Assembly: GCF_018350175.1 (NCBI RefSeq) | Contig: NC_058383.1 | Coordinates: 27,344,001-27,408,000, forward strand | DNA from: Felis catus | Taxonomy: Eukaryota | Direction of reading: 5' to 3' | DNA length: 64,000 bases | Shown: positions 12,935-23,900 of the stretch, piece after piece | Numbering within the stretch: position 1 is the stretch's first letter | How the letters are laid out: each line of letters opens with the position of its first letter | Translations under genes and position numbers: made by a program | The notes under the pieces: generated by a model | Told to the model about the DNA's origin: nothing | Databases searched by the model: none | The model's input: only the letters and a program-made list of their open reading frames with translations

Positions 12935-13570
12935 CGAGAATGAACGGATCCACTCATTCACTGCTGGTAGGAGTGCGGAACAACGAAGTCTCTGTGGAGA
13001 ACAATCTGGCAACTTTCTTAAACAGCTAAATACGAATTTACCATATGACCCAGAAATCCCACTCCTGGGACGACACCCAAGAAAAATGCAAACATACGTC
13101 CACGCGCAGACTTGTACGTGAATGCTTACGGCGGCGCTATTCACAAGAGTCAGAAGGGGAAACCGCTCAAGTGTCCGTTAGCCGATGCATGAATGAGCTA
13201 CGGTATATCCATGCCGCGGAATATTATTTGGCAGGGCGCCACAGTATGTACAGACCTCCAGGACAGTATGCTAAGTGGAAGAAGCCAGATACTAAAGAGC
13301 TCAGACCGCAGGAGTCCATTTCTACAACACGTCCGCAATCCGTAAACCTATTGCCCCTACAGGAGCGGGAAGTAGATGAGCAGTTAGCTGCCTGGGAGTG
13401 ACGCGAGTGTGCAAGAGGAATCTAACGAGTGTGATAAAAATGTTTTAAAACTAGATTATGCACAGCTTGGTTGCACAGCTTGGCGAATTTACTAAAAAAA
13501 AAATCACTGGACAGTACCCTTAAAACGTGTGACTTCTAGGGCATATAAATCATACCTCAATAAAGTTTTT
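12935..13570 (+). mobile_element. Ancient L1M (ORF2 end and 3' UTR)
   Basis: Degenerate LPYDPEIPLLG..PRKMQTYVH motif; ends TACCTCAATAAAG. Confidence 0.8.
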
Positions 13571-16500
13571 TAAGAATTAAAGGTTTCCATTATGTCCTTT
13601 TCTGTTTCACATTTCGCCTCCCTAGTTCTTAAAATACTCAGGAATCCCATAAACTGCAACGGACCCAAAGACCTGTTGTTTATTCCAGATGAGGCTTCAG
13701 CAAGGCCTCCGGCCCAGACAAATACCCCAGAGATTGGCACATCAGCTGACTCGTCAGAGGACGAAAATAAACACGCAGGAACTGGGGCCTTGATATTTTT
13801 ACAGCAAGAGCCGAATTCATCTGTGGTCAGAGCATCATCTGGGCACGGCAGGGCAACACCTGTGAAGACACCCCTTAAGATCCACAGCCATGACCTCCAA
13901 CCCAACCCAGAGACCTGACCTGCAGAGGCCTCGGCCCCAGGGGAGTCAGGAGTGAGGCCAGTTATGGCAACAGCCTCGTCCATTGGCTAGCAGTACTGCA
14001 GAAAAGGCCAGGAAAATCTACCACGCTGAGAGCCAAATTCGCTAGTCCCCCCAATACACCAACACCCACAAACTCACACCTTCATCCGAGATGACATGGT
14101 TCTTTTTTGACACATGCTGTCATCCTGAAAGTGACTCTTTGGGATCCCGTTCTGATGTCAGGAGCAACTCTCGTGTTCTCAGAAGAAAACGAAAACTCCG
14201 ACTCACGGTAGAGCTTTGGCTTTCCTCCCTATGGTACGGGAAAAATCTCACAAAATTAGGCACTACCGTGACACCGCTTCCTTTGGATAAACAGGACAAT
14301 CCAAGTCACTTGCAGGAGAGGATATAGTCCCAGCTGATTATGCAAATCATAAAGAATAAGAGGGCAGGTCAGGGGGAGCTGTCTAGAAGGATCCTGTCGG
14401 TCCCTGCCACAGCCTGCTCCCCTAATTCACTTCATCGCCCATGAACACGCTTGGTGGCAGCAGCTGGCACCAAGTCAAAGCCAGAACTTGGGGCTCGGAC
14501 GTGGGACTCGAGCTGAGCCACGTGAGAGTCTGGCCGTGACCTTGGTCTCCTGGATGCGACACACAGGTAGCTGAGCCTACCAGGTGCAGAAGAAACCCTT
14601 CTGGGGAGGTTTTAGGACGGAAAGAATGGAATTTGGGCCCCAGCTAGTGATTTAGTACCATTCCCTTTGTAGCCCAGAAGGTATTTGGATAAGGAACACT
14701 AGCTTCACAGCCAGAGGACTGATAATCTCTTTCTCCCTTTTCACTGAAAAAGAAAGTATCTAAGATACTGGAGAATACAGTAAAATCCTTAACTCCATTT
14801 TTTCTTTCTTCCTTCCTTTCTTTCCTTTTTTTTTCCCCCTCTTCTTTCCTAGTGGCAAAGCTGGATAAGCTTATCAAGTGCAGGCAAACTACATCTTAGC
14901 TCTGATCCTTTTGAGAAATCCATTTGGCGCCTTTAACATTTCATTTGGCAGATTGAATTTCGGACATGTATTTATGGGGCTGGGTTTGCCCTTAACGGAG
15001 TATTGCATAAATCCCATTACAGTATCCACTTTAGCGTGTTTGGGGTTTTCTAAGCCAGGGCTTTATTTAAGTGGACAGCCCCAGAATGACCTGTTCTGGC
15101 TTAGAAACTCTCTCCTCTCCCCGTGGAACCAAACCTTTACAGATTGCCTCCATCATTATCAATGTCAAGTGATGTTTTAGGAAAAGTCCTTCTGGCAAGC
15201 CCAGAACGAGGCTTCGGAGAGACCGGTGACAGCGTGTCATTATCCTCCAGTGAGCTATGGGGTTCCCCTCCAGGAATCACCTCACCCCTCACTCCTCTTT
15301 TTTTTTTTTCTGGCAATAGCCAGGGAAGCTTTGTTAGCAATACAATACTTTTCTGCATTTCTTAAGTTTCTAACCAGGAAAGTCTACATACTTTCTGGGG
15401 GGAAAAAATTATATAAAGAATAGTCACCTACAGGACAAAATGAGGAAGCCAAAGACCTGCTTTAGGAATCCTAAGTAAGTCTGCTCCCCTCTTTGCCATC
15501 AGGTTAACCACTGAACAAAACAAAATGCGCAACTCTGACGTGCGTGTGGTCAGGGGCACGAAAGGAGGGACGTGGGAAGGCGGTGCCTTGCACGTAGGGG
15601 CTCAGGGGTGCTCAGCCTTGGTTATTGGTCCCTCGGCCTCTCCTGGTGGGGCAGGACGGGCCACTGACGCTGGAGGCAGCAAGGTGCGGACGCCTGTCAG
15701 ATGCCTTGTGCAGGAGCAGTGCTGGGGGCCAGGACGGCCACGGCACATGGGTGAGGCGGGGGGCTGCCGCAGGCTGACGCGGCAGGAGGTTCGGGACAGT
15801 TTCCATCCTCCAAGGACCTGTCCTGGAAGCGTACACAGAGCTCTCCAGTCGCCGACTTTTCACCCAACCGGCTCAAGAGCAGAAACACAAGGAAGGTGGC
15901 TGGTAGTGAGTCACCCCCAGAAACCCAGGTGAAGTTGAAGGGGTGTCACCTGGCCTTCCGGGGCCCTCTCCTTCCCGAGCGCCCCTGGAACTTGGCAATT
16001 CGGGGTCAAGTCACTTTGTTCTGTCACACAAGCAGGTTTTTTTTAAAAACAGGAGACAGCTGCTGCGGTATACGAAGAAGTGCACACGGCGAGAGGTTCT
16101 GGGGGCTATTTCAGGCTCCAGATCGGTCTGGAGGCGGCAGCGGCTTCGGTTACATCTAAGTTTGGCCTCCGGGCTTGCAGAGGTAAACTGTTGATGAGAA
16201 AAAAAATCTGGGGAGGCTTCACTGATTCATTCAGCCAAGATTTACAAAGTCTGTGCTACGTGCCGAGCTCCACGCTAGGTGCTGGCATCCACAGGTGAGC
16301 TGCACAGGGCAGGCCTTGCCCGCAGATGATAGTCTGGGATGGATACAGAGAGCAAGTGGGGGGCCAGGGGAGAAGATGGGGGTCCAACGCCCAATGGCAT
16401 AGTTGAGAAAGCATGGCCCCTGGTGTACAAAGGGAATCCGGAGTTCCAAAACCCCAGGGCCCTCTCTCCAGGGCTTAATCTTCTAAAGATTCTCTCATTG

Positions 16501-18234
16501 GCTTTATTTTCTTCCTGTCCCGTGTGCCTGTGAGCATCTGGGGACAGAAGCCGTGCACAACAATTACACGATTTTTATGCACCACAGGAGGCATGAAATA
16601 TGCATGACCCCATGTACTTCCAATTAAAGGTGGGCGGGTATTAACGTCCCCCTTGTAGAAAGAAGGACATAGAGGCTCCGAGAGGCGAAGGGACTTGCCC
16701 AGGGTCACACCCACAGGAAGAGGGGGAGGGACTGAACCGAGGCTATTTGGCTCCAGGGTCCACACTAGCAACCAAGACGCCACCCGTGCCTTTCAAGGAA
16801 GCTTGCCCTGGCTCTGATGTTGACACCACCAGCCTTTAAAAATGGTGGCTGGCGCACAGTAGGGGATCAATCAGTGTCTGCTAAATTGAATTTGATCATC
16901 TTATTTAAAGCTACCGCAATCACACTCAGCTTTTAAGCTCTGGGCTGGGAACAAGGTCATTCTATAAAAATGGAAAGCAGAAATTTACCCTGAGGAATTT
17001 CTTAGGACTTAGAGGTAGGAAACGAGAAAGGATTCTATGCAAATGACCACGGGACCAAGACATGGCCTTGATACATGATGATTACATGAGATGCACTTAA
17101 GAATTATGGAACAGCTCGGAAACACAGGTTCAGCCTCCACTGGCACGCTACCTTTTGTAAAATTTCTAAGTTCATGATATAGAAGGGTAGGGTTTTACAT
17201 AACTGCTTGGGTCACACAGGGAAACGAAGACATATTCCACTCGCTTTCTAACATTTGTGCTCCCCACAGAGAACGGTCTGGAAGACCATCTATCCGAGGT
17301 GACTGATAATAACACGGCAATAATAGTAACTGACTTCTTGTGTACTTTCTGGGTGCCAGGCCCATGCTTAATGGTATTCCCGTGCTATCTCATTGAATCC
17401 TCACAAGACCCTTCTGTGGCAAGCCAATACCCTGGGTTCTAAATTTTGCAGAGAGGAAAATGCAGCAAAGCCAGACTCTGAACGCGGGCACGTAACTGAG
17501 AGCCCCTAGTCCTTCCATCTTATTTGTTAGACTTTGCTGCAAAGAACACTGAAGATTACGTGAAGGGGAAAAAAAAAAAATGCTTGCCCAAATCCTGACA
17601 TCTCAGATAGGAAGGCAAGAAGCGTGGGACCATCTGGGCCCACGTCGGGTACATGCTGCTTCCTTCCCACTTTAATGGCATTCCCTTGGGCGAAACTCCC
17701 GCATGTGGCCACAGAGATGCGATTTTCAAACTCAGCGTCCTCTGCCTCCAATCATATTTGGCTCTGGCTGAAATAAAAAAGGCATCTGGGGACAAGTGAT
17801 CTTTATCTGTACCAAATGTTTGTTGGGGCCACTCCAGGAAATGGTCTCACATTAAGCCTGTGCACACAATGTTTCCCCACAACTGCTTGGCATGTGCTTG
17901 CGTCCAGACTGCAACACTAGGAATTACATCTTTCTCGGAGCGACACGTGGAACAAAATCACCAGGTCTGATGAGACTGACAACGTACTTTTCGTGGAACA
18001 GTTATTTAGATAGAGAGGAGAGGGAGAAAGGAATCAGATCCCCCCTTTAAAGTATCTCTCTCCGTGCACGACTTACAGAAAATTGTTCTTGGGAGTGGGG
18101 GGAACCTTTTAGAATGTGCAGGAACATAAATCTGGCCAGGTTTTACCATACAGTGAAATTCACCATCCTGGACTCCAGCATCACTTCCCTGGGGCCAAAT
18201 ACCACTTTAAAGTCATCACAGCAAGGAGGCTGGA

Positions 18235-18840
18235 TACTGGTTGCTGGTTGGGCAAATCCTTGCCCCTTGAAGGTGAGCGAGACTTAGTGAGTCCCATCTA
18301 ACAAAGAGAATGCAGCAGGAGTGATGGTATTTCACGTTCAAGGTTTGGTTATGAAAAGACTACAGCTCCCATCTGAAGTGCTTCCTTCCCCAAGCTCTCT
18401 ATTCTTCTGATCACTGGCTCTGGGGGAATCCACCTGCCATGCTGTGAGCTGCCCCACGGTGATGAACTAACAGAGACCTCCAGCTAACTGCCAGCAAGGA
18501 ACTGAGGCCCTCAGTGTGACGGCCTGTGAGAAACTGAGGCTTGCTAACAACCACGTGAGTGGGCTTAGAAGCAGATCTTGCCCTGGTCGAGCCTTCAGAT
18601 GAGACTACAGCTCTGGCCATCAATCACAGGCAGAATGCGCTGATAAGTTTTATCTTTCCTGATTAAAGTAACACATGTTCATGGAGAAAAGTTTAGAAAA
18701 CCAAGTTCAAGAGGGGCCTTGAACCAGAACGCTCAGCTAAGCTTTTCCTAGGTCCTTAACCCATAGAAACTGTGAGAGAACTATTATTTCAAGCCACCAA
18801 GGTCTGTCATTTGTTATGAAGCAATAGGCAGTTAATACAG
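18235..18840 (+). mobile_element. MLT1-like ERVL-MaLR LTR
   Basis: GCCAGCAAGGAACTGAGGCCCTCAG, GAGCCTTCAGATGAGACTACAGC, TTCAAGCCACCAAG...GCAATAGGCAGTTAATACA. Confidence 0.7.
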
Positions 18841-19835
18841 ACCCGCCTACAATCAGTTTGAATAATGTTAAAAACAAACATCCCATGTTGTGGGAAACAC
18901 GAGCCTAAAAGTATGGAGGGTACGTTTCTGTGTACTTCATTAAGACCAAGACAAGTGAGAAGACAAGTGGAAATTCTAGAGCCAAAGCTAGGTCAACAAT
19001 CTGAAGGCACTGGATGACCCTGAGCTTAACTTTGCGAAGACGGAAATAAACAGACACTGTTACCGGGCCAGCTAATACAAAGAGGCAAAGAACAAAAACC
19101 TTACTGAGAACAATTTTCAACAGGGAAACACAAACAGCCATCAAATGTCTATTTTATCACCTTGTGGACATGTGCTCACTCACACAAGTCAGCAATAAAT
19201 TGTAAATACCTGAAAGACTGTCTCGGCGAGGATGCACATCCACTTCGAGGTGTCGGCACAACCGTATTCTGTGTCGGCTCCTCCCCATTCTTTGATCTTA
19301 ATTCTGTGGACAAGGAGCCAGATGACAGGCCGCAGAGACGCGGGACCTGCGTTCCAGTCCCACCTCTGCCCCTCGCTAGCGCTGTGAGCTTAGGGAAGCA
19401 CAGACAGAACCTGATCTCCTCATCTGCAGATCCTGGATGAGAAGATCCACCTCATGGTGTAAATGGAAGGGTTCCAGGCATCTATGTTCGAAACTGCTTA
19501 GCACGGTCCGTGGCACACGGCTGCCCAATAAAATACACGCTTTCTTGTATCACCTGCTTGGCGCTCTGCCTTGATCTGTGAGAAGCCAGGCTGGACATCC
19601 CCAGGGGGTGTGGGCCTCACACTTGAGGGCCACAAAAGTCAGCGTCACATAGAACCTTAAAGCAAAGGCTATTGGTTGAGAAGAGCCAAGTTCTCACACC
19701 TACTAAAGGTGTGGGTGTGTGCACCTTACCCTCATCTATAAAATGGGGAGAACACCACGCCTGCCTCTGTTCCGACAACTAAATGAGATAATGTAGCCAG
19801 AGACCCAGAATAGTGCCAGGCACACGGTAAACATT

Positions 19836-20120
19836 TTATATACATATATACATACATACATATATATATTTTATATATATATTTACACACACACACACAC
19901 ACACATATATATATGTAAACATTTATTTATTATTAAGAGACAGAGAGATACACAGTGTGAGCAGGAGACTGATAGATAGAGGGGGAGACCCAGAATCCGA
20001 AGCAGGCTCCAGGCTCTGAGCTGTCAGCACAGAGCCCGACGCGGGGCTCGAACTCACCAACTGCGAGATCATGACCCTAGCTGAAGTCGGTCACTTAACC
20101 AACTGAGCCCCCCAGTGCCC
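19836..20120 (-). mobile_element. SINEC with (TA)n/(CA)n-converted tail, inserted in a MIR
   Basis: SINE body ~19916-20120; TSD CAC(G/A)GTAAACATT at 19823-19835 and 20121-20133. Confidence 0.88.
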
Positions 20121-20194
20121 CACAGTAAACATTATATTAATGGTAGATGCTTTATTAAATTATTTATTATGATCCGTCTGTCATTATTTAACTC

Positions 20195-20545
20195 ATAGCC
20201 AGTTACATAAAGGTCTATGGCACAAATCTAGCCGAAAGAAACACTGTGTTTGGTTCACACAGGGTATCATTTTTAAAAAATAATAAATTTGAATTAGTTG
20301 CCAATATGTATTCCAGATGACCCTGAGAAATTCAAGCTTCTGGATTCTTTTAAAACCTGGAAAAGCAGACAAGCCTGGGCCTGATTGTCTCATAGCCACA
20401 GGCAGCTGAAGTCAAGGAGTCACTGTCGACTTAAGGCAGAGCATTTATTCTTCCATTAGCCACAGTCCACACTACTCCCTATCGCTCTACACCTGTCCTA
20501 CAAACCTGCCTGGCTTTAACGGCATTTGAGTTTTTGACACTTGCT
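20195..20545. mobile_element. Ancient hAT-Charlie-like DNA transposon remnant (MER102-type)
   Basis: TTTGAATTAGTTGCCAA and GCCACAGTCCACACTACTCCCTAT..GGCATTTGAGTTTTTGAC motifs; family assigned from memory. Confidence 0.45.
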
Positions 20546-20824
20546 TTAGTTTCTTAAACACTTGCCTCCATTTGAAATTCTAAGACTTTTTTTTTAAATA
20601 TCATGTACTCTAAGTAGCAAAGGCAAAAATAGATAATGAAGAAGATTAAGTCTTCCCTAAGGAAATCCACAGCAAGAGTAAGTGGCAGATAATGGCTGAG
20701 GATAAAGATAGAGTCAGATCAAAAGGAGGATAAAGATCGAGCTCTCTGCAATAACCCTCCACACATGACTCAAAAGTGAGTTGCCAGAGCCCAAATATCA
20801 AAACTGTTGCCCTCCCCCTACTTC

Positions 20825-21305
20825 TGTGATGGTTAATTTTAAATAAACTGGGCCACGGGGTGTCCATTCACACCGTTGCCCCATTCACATTGGAATTGGC
20901 AGACTGAGTAAAGCAAACTGCCCCCACCCCTACTGTGGTGGGCCTCATCCAATCAGTTGAAGTCTGACTAAAACAAACAGGCTGACCCTCCTGCAAGGAA
21001 AGGGGACTATTCCTCCAGCCTGACAATCTTCAAACTGGGACACTGGCTTTTTCCAAACTGAAACATTGGCTGTTCCTGGTTCTTGGGACTGCCGGCCTTT
21101 GAACTGGAACTTAAACCATCCGTTCTCCTGATTCGAACTTGGACTGGAACTACACTGTCAGCTCTCCTGGGTCTCCCACTTGCTGACTGCAGATCTCGGG
21201 ACGACTCAGCCTCCATAACAGCACAAGCAAATTCCTCACAGTAAATCGCTTTCTCTGTCTCTATGCATCCCTTCGTTTCCGTTTCCCTGGAGAAACCCAA
21301 TATGC
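20825..21305 (+). mobile_element. MLT2-like ERVL solo LTR
   Basis: TGTGATGGTTAATTTT start, GGTGGGCCTCATCCAATCAGTTGAAG, CTCAGCCTCCATAA, GTTTCCCTGGAGAAACCCAATA end. Confidence 0.8.
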
Positions 21306-21575
21306 ACCCCTCTCCCCATCCCCAAAAGGCTGTTATCAAATTGATGGCACAGAACTTACAACTGATGGCAGATTGGCATCAAAGAACCACACAAAGCCCC
21401 ATCTCTTTGGGCAAGATGCTGTGTAAGCTGACGAGGCTCAACTACCTGGAGGTTCATCAGCTGTGACAGGCTGCCTGGAGTGTCCTTTTTTTAGATCCCG
21501 AACGTCCCATACCTCTCTGGATTTTTAGTGAGCTTGGTCGATTTTCCTGCCTTGAGGAAGCGGCAGAGGGCACAT

Positions 21576-21773
21576 CAGGGAATGCTGGGAAGACGCGGAA
21601 GCGTCCTCCCATAAGGCTTTGCAGCTCTCTTCCCGCGTCCCCAGGGAATGCTGGAAAGACGCGGAAGCGTCCTCCCATAAGCCTTTGCATCTCTCTTCCC
21701 GCTTCCCCAGGGAATGCTGGGAAGACGCGGAAGCGTCCTCCCATAAGCCTTTGCAGCTCTCTTCCCAAGTCCC
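21576..21773. repeat. Minisatellite, 3 x 66 bp, each unit with an internal hairpin
   Basis: Units start at 21576, 21642 and 21708 (CAGGGAATGCTGGGAAGACGCGGAAGCGTCCTCCCATAAG...) and are near identical. Confidence 0.95.
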
Positions 21774-22859
21774 CCATGTACCCCAAGCCCAGCGGTCTGC
21801 GTCCATATTCTCTCCAAAGATATAAGAGACCGCCTCATTCCTGTGAAAACAGCAATTTCATGGGTCCCCACCCTCTTCCAGAAGTAAACTGTGAGGGGAC
21901 TTATGGGAGATTTGCATTTTCTTCACACGTTCATCTTTGTTTTCTAAATTTTTCTTAATGAACATGTGTTGCTTTAATCAGCAAAGATAATTAAAGTTAC
22001 CCATTCATTCCACATCCATTCTATGGCAGGCAGTATAGCTTAGTATTTACAGACTTGGGCCACCAAAGCCAGACTGCCTGGATGCAAATCCTGACTCTGC
22101 TCTGCGACCTTGAGCAAAGACCTTAAACCCTTTCATAAAATGGGTATGAAAATTGTAGTCACCTTGTATAGAGTTGCAAGGATTAAAATTCAAGCTAAGG
22201 GCTTAAAATCTTTTTGGTAAATGGCAAATGCTAATTAAGTGCATACTGCCAAGATTAGTGTTGTTTTACAATACTTCTATATTTACTGTATTTATGTATG
22301 GAATTATATTGATATAACATAAATACATATTTTGTACTATTTATTAAGTGCCTGTTGTATGACAGACATTCAAAATATGGTGATCAGTAAAATTAACCCC
22401 CTGATCCCATGGGTGTTACCCTAAGTGGGGGGTAAGGCATTATACACACACAAACACACACACTCTCACTCACTCACTCCAAGTCATTACCAAAGGTGAT
22501 GGTGGTAATTTCCACAAAAGCAGGTGGAAATAAGAGGCCATCTTGGCTGGGAATGGATGTGATTACTCACTTTGATCTGCGGCATGGGCCTCAACACCTA
22601 GAAGGTGCTCAAAAAATAGCAGCTGATTTGGAGCTGAGTGGAATGACCTCAGTCAGGGGCAGAAAGATCTTCCAGAGCTGGGGCTGCAGACCTGTCACTC
22701 AACTAAGGAGGACCCCCTTTCCCAGGCCCACATCATCACCGTGATTCCCTGCCATCATCCCTCATCCGGTTGACCCCAGAAGACCCTCATTGGTCTCTGT
22801 GACTCCACTCTCACCTTCTTTCTGTGCTCCCCCTAGCACCTATTCCCCAGACGGATCTT

Positions 22860-23135
22860 TACGAGAAAACTTTATTCTGAAATCACTTTCGACTTGCAGG
22901 AAAGTTGCAAAGATGGTCCAGAAGGTTGCTGCCTACCCCTCGTCCAGCTTCCCCCAACGTGCACACCTTGCCTAACCACGGCTCATCTGGCAGAACTAAG
23001 ATGTCAACATCGGTGCAACACCATTCGCTCACCCAACTGCAGACTTTATTGGATTTCACCCGGTTTTCCACTAATGAGCTTTGCTGTCCCAGGATCCAAT
23101 CCAGAAAACCCCACTGCATTTGTCATCAGGTGTAG
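22860..23135 (-). mobile_element. Ancient L1MC-like 3' fragment
   Basis: GAAAGTTGCAAAGAT..CCAGCTTCCCCCAA..CAGACTTTATTGGATTTCACC..CAGGATCCAATCCAG. Confidence 0.6.
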
Positions 23136-23589
23136 ACCTGAGGGATTGTTTTAACAGCTCAAAGCGGATCGTTCTCCCCACCCTAACCTCTGCAATGATT
23201 TCCCATATGTTTTGGATGAAATCCGAACTCCGTGCCTTGGTTTCCAAGCTCCACACAAGTGAACCCCTCCAACCCTTTCCCTCTCTCCCATCTCAGGCAA
23301 GCTCCCTTCCCTCAGTGCTCCCTGGCAGATGGGTCTTTTGTCACCTCTATAAATCCCAAATTTGGTCCAGTCTCTGCCCTTGCTGCACCCCCTGCCTGGA
23401 AAGCTATCTCCTCAGCTGGTTCCTCCTCAAGTTCAGGTGTGTGCACACGCCCACCTCATCAGAGACGCCTCCTCCATCATCCCAGCTAAGCCTGCGCCCC
23501 CTCCATCACATATGTCTTTTTCACTTTCATGAGCACGCTTCCCGAACGGATCCTATTTATATATTTATGATTGATGGCCTAGCCTCCGC

Positions 23590-23900
23590 TGCTAGACTAT
23601 GCAGGGACCTTGTCCATCTTGTTCATTATTTTTCTTCAAGTACCTAGGACAGTGCCTGGCACGTAGCAGGTGCTCAGAAAATATTTCTGGGACTATGAGT
23701 TCAAGGAATGAATAGATGAAGGAAGGGTATCGGTTTGTAAATGTCCACAGGCGTATCCCAAGAACCTGGAACAGAGCCTGCATATAGTAGGTACTCAATA
23801 AATACCTCTTGAACTTAGTACTGATCAGCGACTTAATGCAAGAACCTAGCACAGTGCTTCCTGGCACAGAGCAGGTGCTCGATAAATATTTGTTGGATGA
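23590..23900. mobile_element. L2 3'-end remnants (three consecutive ACAGTGCCTGGCAC..AGGTGCTC-type ends)
   Basis: Motif recurs at ~23650, ~23772 and ~23850. Confidence 0.55.

Noticed and set aside
21576..21773. CRISPR-like array of palindromic repeats, and ORFs with 22-aa repeats
   Set aside because: The sequences between hairpins are near identical (no unique spacers), there are no cas genes and the context is eukaryotic. The peptide periodicity simply reflects the 66-bp unit.
23081..23647. 188-aa ORF (likewise the 219-aa ORF at 53195-53854)
   Set aside because: No domain-like features or splice context, the 188-aa ORF overlaps L1/L2 remnants, and lengths are compatible with chance in GC-rich DNA.
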